DNA of 64,000 nucleotides from a bacterium (lineage in GTDB: Bacteria > Calescibacteriota > Calescibacteriia > Calescibacteriales > Calescibacteriaceae): positions 18,180 to 82,179 of the forward strand of contig JAUQOU010000003.1 in NCBI GenBank assembly GCA_030550715.1. The letters run 5' to 3'. The notes beneath the pieces are model-generated. The model ran no database searches and was not told where the DNA came from. It saw only the letters and a list, made by a program, of their open reading frames with translations. The position numbers and the translations under genes were made by a program. Positions 9,425 through 18,379 of the stretch are shown here, piece by piece (the stretch's first letter is position 1; each line of letters opens with the position of its first letter).

Positions 9425-10744
9425 ATGACAGAATCTGAAAAACTTTTTGAAGAGGCAAAAAAGTATATACCAGGAGGAGTGAATTCACCTGTAAGGTCTT
9501 TTTCTAATGTTGAAATGCCCCCGGTATATGTGAAAAAAGCAAAAGGGTCAAAAATATACACAGAAGATGATGAGGAGCTTTCCGATTTTATAATGTCATA
9601 TGGAGCCATAATTCTCGGACACTCACATGAAAAGGTTGTTGAAGAGCTCAGAAAACAAATTGAAGAAGGAACATCTTTCGGTCTGAACCACAGAAAAGAA
9701 ATAGAATTCGCAAAAATGCTCTCAAAATCATTCGGAGGTGGATTCTCTTTCAGGTTCGTCAACTCAGGAACAGAAGCAGTAATGAGCATAGTAAGAGTTG
9801 CAAGAGGGTTTTCAAAAAGAAAGTTTGTGTTAAAATTTTCTGGCTGTTTTCACGGACACTCCGACCAATTTTTAACTTCGTCTGGTTCAGGACTTGCCAC
9901 ACTGAAAATTCCAACAAGCGATGGTGTCCCAGAAGAATTCATCTCATGCACCATAACTTTACCCTTTAACGCCTCCGATGATATTCTTGAAGATACATTC
10001 GGAAAATATGATATAGCTTGCTGTATTCTTGAACCATTACCAGCAAACATGGGAGTTGTTCCACCGAAACAGGAATTCATATCAAAAATTTATAAGCTCT
10101 GCAAAAAACACAATTCTCTACTGATATATGACGAGATAGTTACAGGTTTTCGGATAGCTTGGGGAGGGATCTCAAAAAAAGGAGAAATACACATAAGAAA
10201 ATTTGATGAGTCAGGAGAAAAAGAAGAGAAAATAAAGGTTCCAGAGCCAGATTTAATAACTTTTGGTAAAGTAATAGGTGGTGGAACTCCAATAGGAACC
10301 TTTGGAGGAAGAAAAGATATAATGAGCGTGGTTGCTCCATCTGGAAAAGTTTATCAGTCAGGAACATTTGCAGGAAATCCACTCTCAATAAGAGCGGGCT
10401 TGGCAACACTTTACGCAATATCATCAAAGGAGGATTTTTATCAAACCCTGCGACAGAAAACAGAAAAACTTTTTTATGTTTTGAAAGATGGATTTTTCAG
10501 AAAGGGCATTCCGGTATCAATAATTATGGAGACAGGAATGATATCTGTTTTCTTTTCGGAAAAAGTTCCAGAGAACTTTGAAGATGCCAAAAAAAGTGAT
10601 ACAGAGATGTTCAAAAAATTCTTCAAAAAGCTTCTTCAGAACAAAGTTCTTATCCCACCATCGCCTTTTGAGGCATGGTTTTTATCTATTTCGCACGAAG
10701 AAGAAGATATAGAGAGAGTTGAAAAAGCGATCGCAAGCTTGTGA
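9425..10744 (+). CDS. hemL: Glutamate-1-semialdehyde 2,1-aminomutase
   Basis: 439 aa with YIPGGVNSPVRSF, NSGTEA and the PLP-lysine context PDLITFGKVIGGG. Carries an extra charged insertion just before the PLP lysine (see findings). Confidence 0.9.
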   Translation: MTESEKLFEEAKKYIPGGVNSPVRSFSNVEMPPVYVKKAKGSKIYTEDDEELSDFIMSYGAIILGHSHEKVVEELRKQIEEGTSFGLNHRKEIEFAKMLSKSFGGGFSFRFVNSGTEAVMSIVRVARGFSKRKFVLKFSGCFHGHSDQFLTSSGSGLATLKIPTSDGVPEEFISCTITLPFNASDDILEDTFGKYDIACCILEPLPANMGVVPPKQEFISKIYKLCKKHNSLLIYDEIVTGFRIAWGGISKKGEIHIRKFDESGEKEEKIKVPEPDLITFGKVIGGGTPIGTFGGRKDIMSVVAPSGKVYQSGTFAGNPLSIRAGLATLYAISSKEDFYQTLRQKTEKLFYVLKDGFFRKGIPVSIIMETGMISVFFSEKVPENFEDAKKSDTEMFKKFFKKLLQNKVLIPPSPFEAWFLSISHEEEDIERVEKAIASL

Positions 10745-10851
10745 GGGCAAGGAACCTCTGAAAAATTCTCTGCTCCACCAAAAGCTTCTTTATCTGAATT
10801 TCCTTCATCTTTATTGAGGAATAGATATATTTTTATTTTCGTTTTGGCTTT

Positions 10852-11988
10852 ATGAATCTTATTAGGAAAAGACCTGTTGTTTTTGTTGCGATGAGCGGTG
10901 GAGTTGATTCATCTACCTCTGCCCTACTCCTAAAACAAGCAGGATACGAAGTTGTAGGGGTCACCTTCATGCTATACGAGTCAAAGACAAAAGGAGAGGG
11001 AAGAACCTGCTGCTCCGCATACGACATAGGAGATGCCGAAAGAGTAGCTCTAAAACTCAAAATACCGTTTTATGTTATGGATATGCGAGAAGAATTCAGA
11101 AAATACATAATAGATAACTTTATATCGGAATACAAAGCTGGAAGAACTCCTGTTCCATGTGTGCACTGCAACAACATAATAAAATTTGACCTTTTCATAA
11201 GGAAGGCAGAACTTCTCGGAGCTGACTTTGTCGCAACAGGACACTACGCACTTAAAAAAAGAGAAAAAGGAATAAACTTCATCTCAAAATCTCCATCAAA
11301 AAAAGATCAATCATATTTCCTCTTCGGACTAAAATCATATCAGATAGAAAAAATCCTCTTTCCTGTCGGTGGCATGGAAAAAGATAAGGTAAGAAAAATC
11401 GCAGAAGATTACGAACTACCAACAGCTAAAAAACCAGAATCACAAGATATATGCTTCACAGAAGGAAAAGATTGGAGAGATGTCATAAAATCATTCGGAG
11501 TAAAGGAAAAACCCGGTAAAATAATAGATTTTGAGTCAGGAGCAGTCATTGGAACTCACCCAGGATACTTCTTCTTCACCGTTGGACAAAGAAGAGGAAT
11601 AGGAGTAGCTCGTGGCAGACCCCTTTATGTAATTCACATAGATTCAGAAAACAACATAATATTTGTAGGAGATAAAAAAAACCTCGCAATAAAGGAATTT
11701 TATGTTGAAAATCTCTCCTTTGTAGATGAAGAGATTGAAAAAGATTTTGAAAAAGATTATGTAAGGTGTGTTGTTAAAGTAAGATACACCCACGAAGGTT
11801 CTACCGCTTTTGTGAGGAAGATAGGTTCAATGGCTCATGTGATTTTTGAAAAAGAGTATGGACCTGTTGTGCCCGGGCAAGCATGCGTTTTTTATTCAGA
11901 AGATAAAGTTATAGGAGGAGGATTCATTGCAAAACCTCAAAAACATATCCATATCACCGAAAGCATAACTTCTCAACTTCCGAAATAG
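10852..11988 (+). CDS. mnmA: tRNA 2-thiouridine(34) synthase
   Basis: 378 aa with the PP-loop VAMSGGVDSS. The catalytic Cys context PCVHCNNIIKF, ATGHYA and KDQSYFL are all typical of MnmA. Confidence 0.9.
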   Translation: MNLIRKRPVVFVAMSGGVDSSTSALLLKQAGYEVVGVTFMLYESKTKGEGRTCCSAYDIGDAERVALKLKIPFYVMDMREEFRKYIIDNFISEYKAGRTPVPCVHCNNIIKFDLFIRKAELLGADFVATGHYALKKREKGINFISKSPSKKDQSYFLFGLKSYQIEKILFPVGGMEKDKVRKIAEDYELPTAKKPESQDICFTEGKDWRDVIKSFGVKEKPGKIIDFESGAVIGTHPGYFFFTVGQRRGIGVARGRPLYVIHIDSENNIIFVGDKKNLAIKEFYVENLSFVDEEIEKDFEKDYVRCVVKVRYTHEGSTAFVRKIGSMAHVIFEKEYGPVVPGQACVFYSEDKVIGGGFIAKPQKHIHITESITSQLPK

Positions 11989-12376
11989 CTCTCTGAATCA
12001 ATCTCCTTTCTATAACCTTTCTTTTCCCAATAACAGAGGATCTATAAGTTTGTGGATTATAAGAATTGAATGTCTCATAAAAAGAGAAGTTTCCGGAAAA
12101 AACCCCTTTTTCGCATCTTATCTCATAAAAAGATCTTGTGAAAATTCTGTAAGCTTTCGGATTACCGTATGAATCAAAAAAATACGGAGATTCTTCGTAA
12201 TCTACTATGTTCAGTTTAACATCTGCTTTCATTTCCGCTCTTTCATCACCAACTGATAAAACTTTTGATATAACCCAAGAACTACTGCTTTTTACATCAA
12301 TAACCACATAAAATTTCTTTGAAGAACATGAAATAAAAAGGAGAAGGAAAAAGAGGTTTTGAAAAGCCACTTTCAT
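11954..12376 (-). CDS. Hypothetical lipoprotein
   Basis: The ORF is open to 12436, but the internal Met gives a classic lipoprotein signal MKVAFQNLFFLLLFISC, so I place the start at 12376. No family recognised. Confidence 0.5.
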   Translation of the reverse strand: MKVAFQNLFFLLLFISCSSKKFYVVIDVKSSSSWVISKVLSVGDERAEMKADVKLNIVDYEESPYFFDSYGNPKAYRIFTRSFYEIRCEKGVFSGNFSFYETFNSYNPQTYRSSVIGKRKVIERRLIQRAISEVEKLCFR

Positions 12377-12392
12377 ATACCTGATACAATTT

Positions 12393-12950
12393 TTATTTTT
12401 CTTCTCCGATGTTTTTTTTCTTACCTTCTTCTTCACCAGATTTTGCCTTTGTTAGCACATCGTACAAATGCTTTGCAATGACATTTGATGGGTTAGATTT
12501 GAGGATATTTTGAATTATGTGAAGTGAAAGGTCAAAATTTCCCATCTGAGCGAAAATTATAGCTAATTTTAAAAGCGTATCTTCATCGGTCGGATCAACC
12601 TGAATTATTTTCATATATGTTTTGATTGCTGATGTTATATCTCCTTCGTATTCATATATTCTTGAAAGATGGCGGAGCAAATTTATATCCCCTGATCTTT
12701 CTGCTTTTTCTTCTATTTTCTTCACAAGCGTTGTTCTTTCATCTTTCACGACAAAAAAGACCGATAGCGGAACAAAAACAAAAAACGAGATGAAACTCCA
12801 CTTGAAGTGATTCCTCAGAAACGAATAGAAAAGGTATGATATAAAAATTCCAGATGAAATTATGAAGAGACCTTCGGGAGAGAAGATATAAGAGAAGTTA
12901 AAATGCGGAAGTGTAAAATCCATAGAACTTAAATTAAAAAATCTCAGCAA
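12393..12950 (-). CDS. TPR-repeat membrane protein
   Basis: 185 aa. Two N-terminal hydrophobic helices are followed by TPR-like repeats (LSRIYEYEGDITSAIKTYMKIIQVDPTDEDTLLKLAIIFAQMGNFDLSLHIIQNILKSNPSN). The start could be TTG at 12950 or ATG at 12923. Confidence 0.6.
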   Translation of the reverse strand: MLRFFNLSSMDFTLPHFNFSYIFSPEGLFIISSGIFISYLFYSFLRNHFKWSFISFFVFVPLSVFFVVKDERTTLVKKIEEKAERSGDINLLRHLSRIYEYEGDITSAIKTYMKIIQVDPTDEDTLLKLAIIFAQMGNFDLSLHIIQNILKSNPSNVIAKHLYDVLTKAKSGEEEGKKKNIGEEK

Positions 12951-13002
12951 TGTTTTTTCTTTTTCGCAATTATAACGAAAAACTTTTTAATTTAAATAAT
13001 AG

Positions 13003-14163
13003 ATGAATATATTTGAAGGCACCTCTTCTTATCAAGGTAAAAGATTTGCGGTAGTAACTATTTTACCGAAATTCGCAAGAAAAAATGAAATTCAGGAAAA
13101 ACTTGAATCATTTGACGAGTTCAAAGAGCTTATAAAAAATCTCGGAGGAAAAATAGAGCAGGAGATAATACAAAAAAGAGAGAGACCAGACCCTTCTTTT
13201 TTCATAGGTAAAGGTAAAGCAAAAGAACTTGCTTTGAAAGAAAACATAGATGTAATAGCGTTCGACTCAATTTTAAAGACCTCTCAAATATCAAACCTCA
13301 GAGAGATAACAAAAAAAGAAGTTGTTGATAGGGAATATGTGATAATAAAGATATTTGCAGAAAGAGCTACAACAAGAGAAGGGAAGCTTCAGGTTGAACT
13401 CGCAGAGCTAAAATATAAAATGGCAAAACTCATAGGAATAGGAAAAGAGATGTCTCAGCTCGGAGGAGTGCTCGGAACAAGAGGTCCAGGAGAAACAAAA
13501 ACAGAAGAGCTAAAAAGACATATGCTGAACCGAATAAGAGCAATAGAAAAAGAAATTGAAGACATAAGAAAAACAAGATTCCTCCACAGAGAAAGAAGAA
13601 AAAAAGAAGGATTCATCACTTTTTCGCTCGTGGGATACACAAATGTAGGAAAATCAACTCTGCTCAAAACCCTATCTGGCGAGGATGTCCTTATAAAAGA
13701 CCAACTATTTACAACACTTGAAACAAGAATAGGAAAATTAAAGGAAAACAGTAAGATATTACTTTCAGATACGGTGGGGTTTATAAGGAATCTACCGCAT
13801 TCGCTCATAGCAGCTTTCAAATCAACCCTTGAAGAAGTCATATTCTCTGACGCACTCATAATAGTCCTTGACATAAGCTCTGATTACGAAAAACAATATC
13901 AAACAATACGAGATGTTCTTGATGAAATTCGTGTAGATAAATCAAAACCATACATAATAGTTTTCAATAAAATAGACCTTGTCCCCAAAGAGAAATTGAT
14001 TATAGCAGGAGAAAAATTTCAAAACGCAGTGTTTATTTCTGCTATTTACAAAACAGGTATAGATAACCTAAAAGAAAAAATAATAGAGTTAGCTGAAAAA
14101 ATAGAAAAAGGAGAGATAAAGGAGAAAGTAGAAGAAGAGAAAAAGTCGTTAATTTATTTGTGA
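13003..14163 (+). CDS. hflX: GTPase HflX
   Basis: 386 aa. An HflX N-domain with a coiled-coil linker precedes the G domain, which has G1 GYTNVGKSTL, G3 DTVGF and G4 NKID. Confidence 0.9.
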   Translation: MNIFEGTSSYQGKRFAVVTILPKFARKNEIQEKLESFDEFKELIKNLGGKIEQEIIQKRERPDPSFFIGKGKAKELALKENIDVIAFDSILKTSQISNLREITKKEVVDREYVIIKIFAERATTREGKLQVELAELKYKMAKLIGIGKEMSQLGGVLGTRGPGETKTEELKRHMLNRIRAIEKEIEDIRKTRFLHRERRKKEGFITFSLVGYTNVGKSTLLKTLSGEDVLIKDQLFTTLETRIGKLKENSKILLSDTVGFIRNLPHSLIAAFKSTLEEVIFSDALIIVLDISSDYEKQYQTIRDVLDEIRVDKSKPYIIVFNKIDLVPKEKLIIAGEKFQNAVFISAIYKTGIDNLKEKIIELAEKIEKGEIKEKVEEEKKSLIYL

Positions 14164-15092
14164 AAATTCACAAGAAAATAATTATGAAAATACTCGCAAT
14201 TTATATCTTATCAACCCTTTTTTTTGGAGAAAGTCTGATAGCACAGGGAGGGGAAAACGAGAAAAAAATTCAAGAAGAGAAAATCTTGGAGGAAACCGAG
14301 CAGGTAAGGTTGAAAATTATCTTCTCTTCGCCCCCCTCATACGAAGAAGCATATAAAAGAGCAATAACAGAGGTTTTTTTCAGTATCTTGCAGTATCTTC
14401 CACAAACAGGAGATGAGATCGATAAAGTAAAGAGAACAATAAAGGTAGAAGAGATTTCAAAATTTATAACAAGGTTCAAGATTGAAAAGCGAGAGACCTT
14501 ACCCGATGGATTGGCACTCACCGTTTTATCAGAAGTAAATGTGAAGAAGTTGCTTGAATTTCTATCTGACCCAGAAATGCCATCAAGAAAAATAGAAATA
14601 GATTGTGGTGAGCTATCTCCGATAATAAAGACAGCAATAGATGAATTTTCAGTGTCAGCCAATTTGAAGTGTGAGATAGAAAAAAAGATACTCAAATACA
14701 GTCCAGCTCCTTCCTCTATCTCTCTTAAAATAAGAGGAGAACTGTCAAGGGGTAAAACCAAAAAGAAAATAGATAAAGTGAAAACCTTTTATTTTTTCGG
14801 CGTGATACCTTATGACGAAATACTGAAAGAGGTAAAAAAAGAGTTAGAAAGAGATTTTCCCAAAATATATAGTGAGATGAGAACAGATATATCTTTGCCA
14901 AAAGATAGGGCAAAGGAATTAGTAGATTATCTTGATAAGCTCGCATACTTTCGCCTCGTTGCACCAATAAGAGTAAAAAAAGAAGAAGAGAAAACACACC
15001 TGACATTACTCATAAGATACTACAAAATAGTTCCCGAAACATTCATAAAAACTCTGATAGAAAGAGAATTAGAAAAAAGAACAGGAAAATAA
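14160..15092 (+). CDS. Hypothetical secreted protein
   Basis: 310 aa. The GTG start overlaps the hflX stop in a GTGA 4-nt overlap. Has an N-terminal signal-like segment (MKILAIYILSTLFFGESLIAQ). No family recognised. Confidence 0.55.
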   Translation: MKIHKKIIMKILAIYILSTLFFGESLIAQGGENEKKIQEEKILEETEQVRLKIIFSSPPSYEEAYKRAITEVFFSILQYLPQTGDEIDKVKRTIKVEEISKFITRFKIEKRETLPDGLALTVLSEVNVKKLLEFLSDPEMPSRKIEIDCGELSPIIKTAIDEFSVSANLKCEIEKKILKYSPAPSSISLKIRGELSRGKTKKKIDKVKTFYFFGVIPYDEILKEVKKELERDFPKIYSEMRTDISLPKDRAKELVDYLDKLAYFRLVAPIRVKKEEEKTHLTLLIRYYKIVPETFIKTLIERELEKRTGK

Positions 15093-15129
15093 AGAATAAA
15101 AAGTAAATATTATAAAAAATAGATATTTT

Positions 15130-16125
15130 ATGGAAGCAGAAATAACAATAGGAATGCCCTTATATAACAAAAGAAAATACATAGAAAAGACACTTGAATC
15201 TGTGTTCAACCAAACATATCAAAACTTTGAGTTAGTAATATCAGATAATCACTCAGACGATGGTACAGATGAGATATGTCAAAAGTATGCTGAAAGAGAT
15301 AAGAGAGTGAGATTTTTCAGACAAAAGGAAAATATTGGAGCATTAGAAAATTTCAAATTTGTATTAGACCAAGCAAGAACCCCATTTTTCATCTGGCTGT
15401 CTGGACACGACATCTGGCATCCTCAACTCCTTGAAAAACTCCTCTACTCCTTCAAAAAATCAAAAGATAGCGACCTAATCCTTGTATTCCCAAAAGTTAT
15501 AGCACCGTCCTTAAATGTAGAATACAAGTGGCTTAGAGGTAAGGATACCTCTCATATTGATAATCCTATTGAAAGATACAAAATAATTCTTCGTCCCGGT
15601 TCATTTGCGGTATATGGTTTATGGAAAACAGAAGCTCTGAGAAAGATTAAATTCAGAAAAACCATAGTTTCTGATGCTTTAATTCTTGCGTCTGCAAGCT
15701 TGATCGGTAAGTTCAAAATAGAAGAAGAAGCAATTTTTTATAGAACAATCAATCATCCCCCAATGAACCGGAAATCAATTCTGATAAGACAAATAAAAAA
15801 CCTTTATCCCAAAAATAAAATATACGAAGTTGCAGAGAATATTACATCGCAAAAATATAGGGACTTTGTTTATAGTTTGATTCTAGCTTTTGAACTGATG
15901 AAGTTTATTTTAGGAAGTGTAAAAATTTGCCTTTCCGCAGACAAGCTCAACAAAAACATAACTCAAAAAGAAAAAATTTATTTAGCTCTCTGGTCAATTC
16001 TATCAATACCTTACTTCCTCCACCTTTTTAGGTATCCGGAAAACAAATATTTGCAAGTATATGGGAAATTATTTGAATCTTTATACAAAATCAAAAGATT
16101 TATTTATCAGAGATGGGAGAAATAA
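15130..16125 (+). CDS. Glycosyltransferase family 2
   Basis: 331 aa with a GT-A N-terminus: ITIGMPLYNKRKYIEKTLESVFNQTYQNFELVISDNHSDDGT. Confidence 0.85.
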   Translation: MEAEITIGMPLYNKRKYIEKTLESVFNQTYQNFELVISDNHSDDGTDEICQKYAERDKRVRFFRQKENIGALENFKFVLDQARTPFFIWLSGHDIWHPQLLEKLLYSFKKSKDSDLILVFPKVIAPSLNVEYKWLRGKDTSHIDNPIERYKIILRPGSFAVYGLWKTEALRKIKFRKTIVSDALILASASLIGKFKIEEEAIFYRTINHPPMNRKSILIRQIKNLYPKNKIYEVAENITSQKYRDFVYSLILAFELMKFILGSVKICLSADKLNKNITQKEKIYLALWSILSIPYFLHLFRYPENKYLQVYGKLFESLYKIKRFIYQRWEK

Positions 16126-16583
16126 AAAACCCTTTGGTTTCTATAATTATTCCTACATATAGCAGAGATGATGGTTCAGAAGATAACACCCCTGAGGTAG
16201 TCCGGAGCTTCAAAGATTCAAGAATAAAGTATATAAGATTGCAGAAAAACAGCGGAAGACCTGGTATACCAAGAAACATAGGGGTTATGAATTCAGATGG
16301 AGAAATTCTTGCCTTTCTTGATTCTGATGATTACTTTCTGCCGGAAAAAACCGAAAAACAAATAGAAGTTCTCATAAGTAGCGAAGGAACTGGTCTTGTC
16401 TATTGCGATGCTCTGATTGAAACAGAAAACGGGACGAAATTAACAAAAATGCCGGAACTCAAAGGTTATGTATATAAAGAAATGCTCAAATTCCCCCATA
16501 TATACTTTATCACAATATTGGTGAAAAAAGATATACTGGAAAAAAGAACAGGAAAAATAATAAACAAAATTCAGGAAAACTAA
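16113..16583 (+). CDS. Glycosyltransferase family 2 remnant (internally deleted and C-terminally short; possibly non-functional)
   Basis: 156 aa. VSIIIPTYSR runs straight into DDGSEDNT, so the usual ~25 residues between these GT2 motifs are missing. LDSDDYF (DxD) is present. The protein ends far short of normal GT2 length. Confidence 0.55.
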   Translation: MGEIKNPLVSIIIPTYSRDDGSEDNTPEVVRSFKDSRIKYIRLQKNSGRPGIPRNIGVMNSDGEILAFLDSDDYFLPEKTEKQIEVLISSEGTGLVYCDALIETENGTKLTKMPELKGYVYKEMLKFPHIYFITILVKKDILEKRTGKIINKIQEN

Positions 16584-16596
16584 AAAGAGAGTTGAA

Positions 16597-16938
16597 ATGA
16601 AGCTTGACTTGAAACATCTTGTGATGTATGCAGGAGCTTCGCAGGATTTCAACGAAATACACTATAATTTTGATGTAGCGAAAAAAGCGGGATTTCCACG
16701 CCCGATAGTTCACGGAATGCTGACAATGGCTCTCTGCATAAAAGAAGCTTTGAAACACATCAATGCCAAACCTGAAAACATCAAAAAGGTAAAAGCAAGA
16801 TTCATAAACCCTATACTCTTGGAGGAGGAGATAACCTTTGAAGTCAAAGAGGAAAGTCAAGACAAAAAAATAATCACCGTAATTTGCAAAAAAGAGAACG
16901 GAGAAATAGCAACAGAATGCAAAGTAGAACTGAAATGA
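16597..16938 (+). CDS. MaoC-like (R)-hydratase / hotdog-fold dehydratase
   Basis: 113 aa with the hydratase motif ASQDFNEIHYNFDVAKKAGFPRPIVHGML (D-x-N-x-x-H followed by HG). Confidence 0.8.
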   Translation: MKLDLKHLVMYAGASQDFNEIHYNFDVAKKAGFPRPIVHGMLTMALCIKEALKHINAKPENIKKVKARFINPILLEEEITFEVKEESQDKKIITVICKKENGEIATECKVELK

Positions 16939-16966
16939 TAAAAAAACATTTTTCTACACTAAATCA

Positions 16967-17767
16967 TTACTTTACTATTCCAAGAACTCTTATACCACCT
17001 AAACCGAAAATTATTGAATATCCTACACCGCTATAAAATGAAAGAGCTTCTCTCAAATTCTTTGTGTATTTTGGAGGTATGAAAACTATATCTCCCGGTT
17101 TGAGATATACATTTTGAGTGAAATCACCTTGCTTCAGAATCTTTTCAACATTCACAGAGTATATATCACTTGCTTTTTTTGATTCATCCCATCTTATAAT
17201 ATATATGCGAGAAAGCTTGTCATCTTTTGGAGAAACACCCGCTAATATCACAGCTTCAAGAATGCTCAGCGGTCTCTGAACGTAAATCACTCCAACCTTC
17301 TCCTCATCTAAAACATATATCTTCTGACTTTTCATCTCACGTACATAAACTGCAACATAAGGTTTCTTTATATAATCAGAAAATATTTTTTGAAGATGAA
17401 CACGAAGACCAATAGATGTCATACCCACAACATAAACCTCACCAACAATCGGTATAAGTATTCTGCCTTCCTCATCAACTTCATATTGTCCAGAAACACC
17501 TATCTCATCTGGGACGAGCTTTATCTCTATTATATCTCCTGGTCCTATCGGATAGCGCGTTTCAGGAGTTATAAATGGTCCAGGAGGAAGAGGCGGTGGC
17601 TCTTTATAGCAGGAAAGAAAATTAAAGCCAGAGAAAAAGAGAAAAAGGAAATAAAAAAACACAACCTTGCGATTATAAAAGAGAGAAAATATCAGTTCCC
17701 ATTTTAACTTTTCCATATCAGCCATCTTGAAAGAAACTGATTTTTTTTCAAATTCCATTTTAAACAA
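16967..17767 (-). CDS. Polysaccharide export protein (Wza/OPX-like, Poly_export + SLBB), short form
   Basis: 266 aa with an N-terminal signal/lipobox-like FNFLSC. The Poly_export motif is YPIGPGDIIEIKLVPDE...GQYEVDEEGRILIPIVGEVYVVGMT, and the SLBB-like C-terminus is VYLKPGDIVFIP. Confidence 0.8.
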   Translation of the reverse strand: MFKMEFEKKSVSFKMADMEKLKWELIFSLFYNRKVVFFYFLFLFFSGFNFLSCYKEPPPLPPGPFITPETRYPIGPGDIIEIKLVPDEIGVSGQYEVDEEGRILIPIVGEVYVVGMTSIGLRVHLQKIFSDYIKKPYVAVYVREMKSQKIYVLDEEKVGVIYVQRPLSILEAVILAGVSPKDDKLSRIYIIRWDESKKASDIYSVNVEKILKQGDFTQNVYLKPGDIVFIPPKYTKNLREALSFYSGVGYSIIFGLGGIRVLGIVK

Positions 17768-17781
17768 ATGTGTTCTCCTCT

Positions 17782-18306
17782 CTAAAATCTCTTAAAGTAA
17801 AATGAAAGGCCGAAGATCAAATTATATTTAGGAACCTCTTGGGCTATAATATTTATGGGGAACTCGTAAAAGAGCGATATATTTTTACTCAGTACTGATT
17901 CAATTCCGAGAACAAGCGAAAACTCACCATTTGCCGAAATCTTATTCTTTTCTGCCCTAAACCACAAGACATTTATAGCTGCTCCAAAATACGGAAAAAG
18001 TTTATCGTTTATCTCACGAAAGTTATAAAGTAAAGCATAGCCCGTTGCAGGAACTATATCTTTTTTCTCAAACCTGTAAAATCCCTGTACTTCAAAAACA
18101 CCTTGAATGTCTTCATCAAATTCGCCGGGAGAAATTTTCAATTTTGATATTCCGCTTCCCGGGGGAATACCACCTCCTACACCCAAAGATGAATATATAT
18201 TCCTTTTCATGCATGAAATCAGAGAGATAAGAATAGAAAAGATTGAAGCGATCAAAAATATATGACTGGAAGAAAAAGCGCGAAAAGATTCTCTTACTAA
18301 CTTCAT
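17782..18306 (-). CDS. Small outer-membrane beta-barrel-like lipoprotein
   Basis: 174 aa with lipobox LISC. Shows alternating hydrophobic beta-strand patterns and a C-terminal aromatic residue (FGLSFYFKRF), as in OM beta-barrel proteins. Confidence 0.5.
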   Translation of the reverse strand: MKLVRESFRAFSSSHIFLIASIFSILISLISCMKRNIYSSLGVGGGIPPGSGISKLKISPGEFDEDIQGVFEVQGFYRFEKKDIVPATGYALLYNFREINDKLFPYFGAAINVLWFRAEKNKISANGEFSLVLGIESVLSKNISLFYEFPINIIAQEVPKYNLIFGLSFYFKRF

Positions 18307-18379
18307 AAGTTAAAAATAAAGTTTAAAAAACAAAAACAACTTTTGTGTCAAAAAACCTTGATTTTTCCCATGCACATAG

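Noticed and set aside
13455-13874. Long antisense ORFs inside well-supported genes. Examples: 13455-13874 in hflX, 14270-14761, 9421-9789 in hemL, 36860-37282 in ilvD, 43667-44155, 51379-51819 and 55662-56114.
   Set aside because: Each lies opposite a gene with clear family motifs. Their products are Ser/Phe/Leu/Ile-rich low-complexity strings. They are expected by-products of purine-rich codon usage leaving the complementary strand depleted in stop codons.
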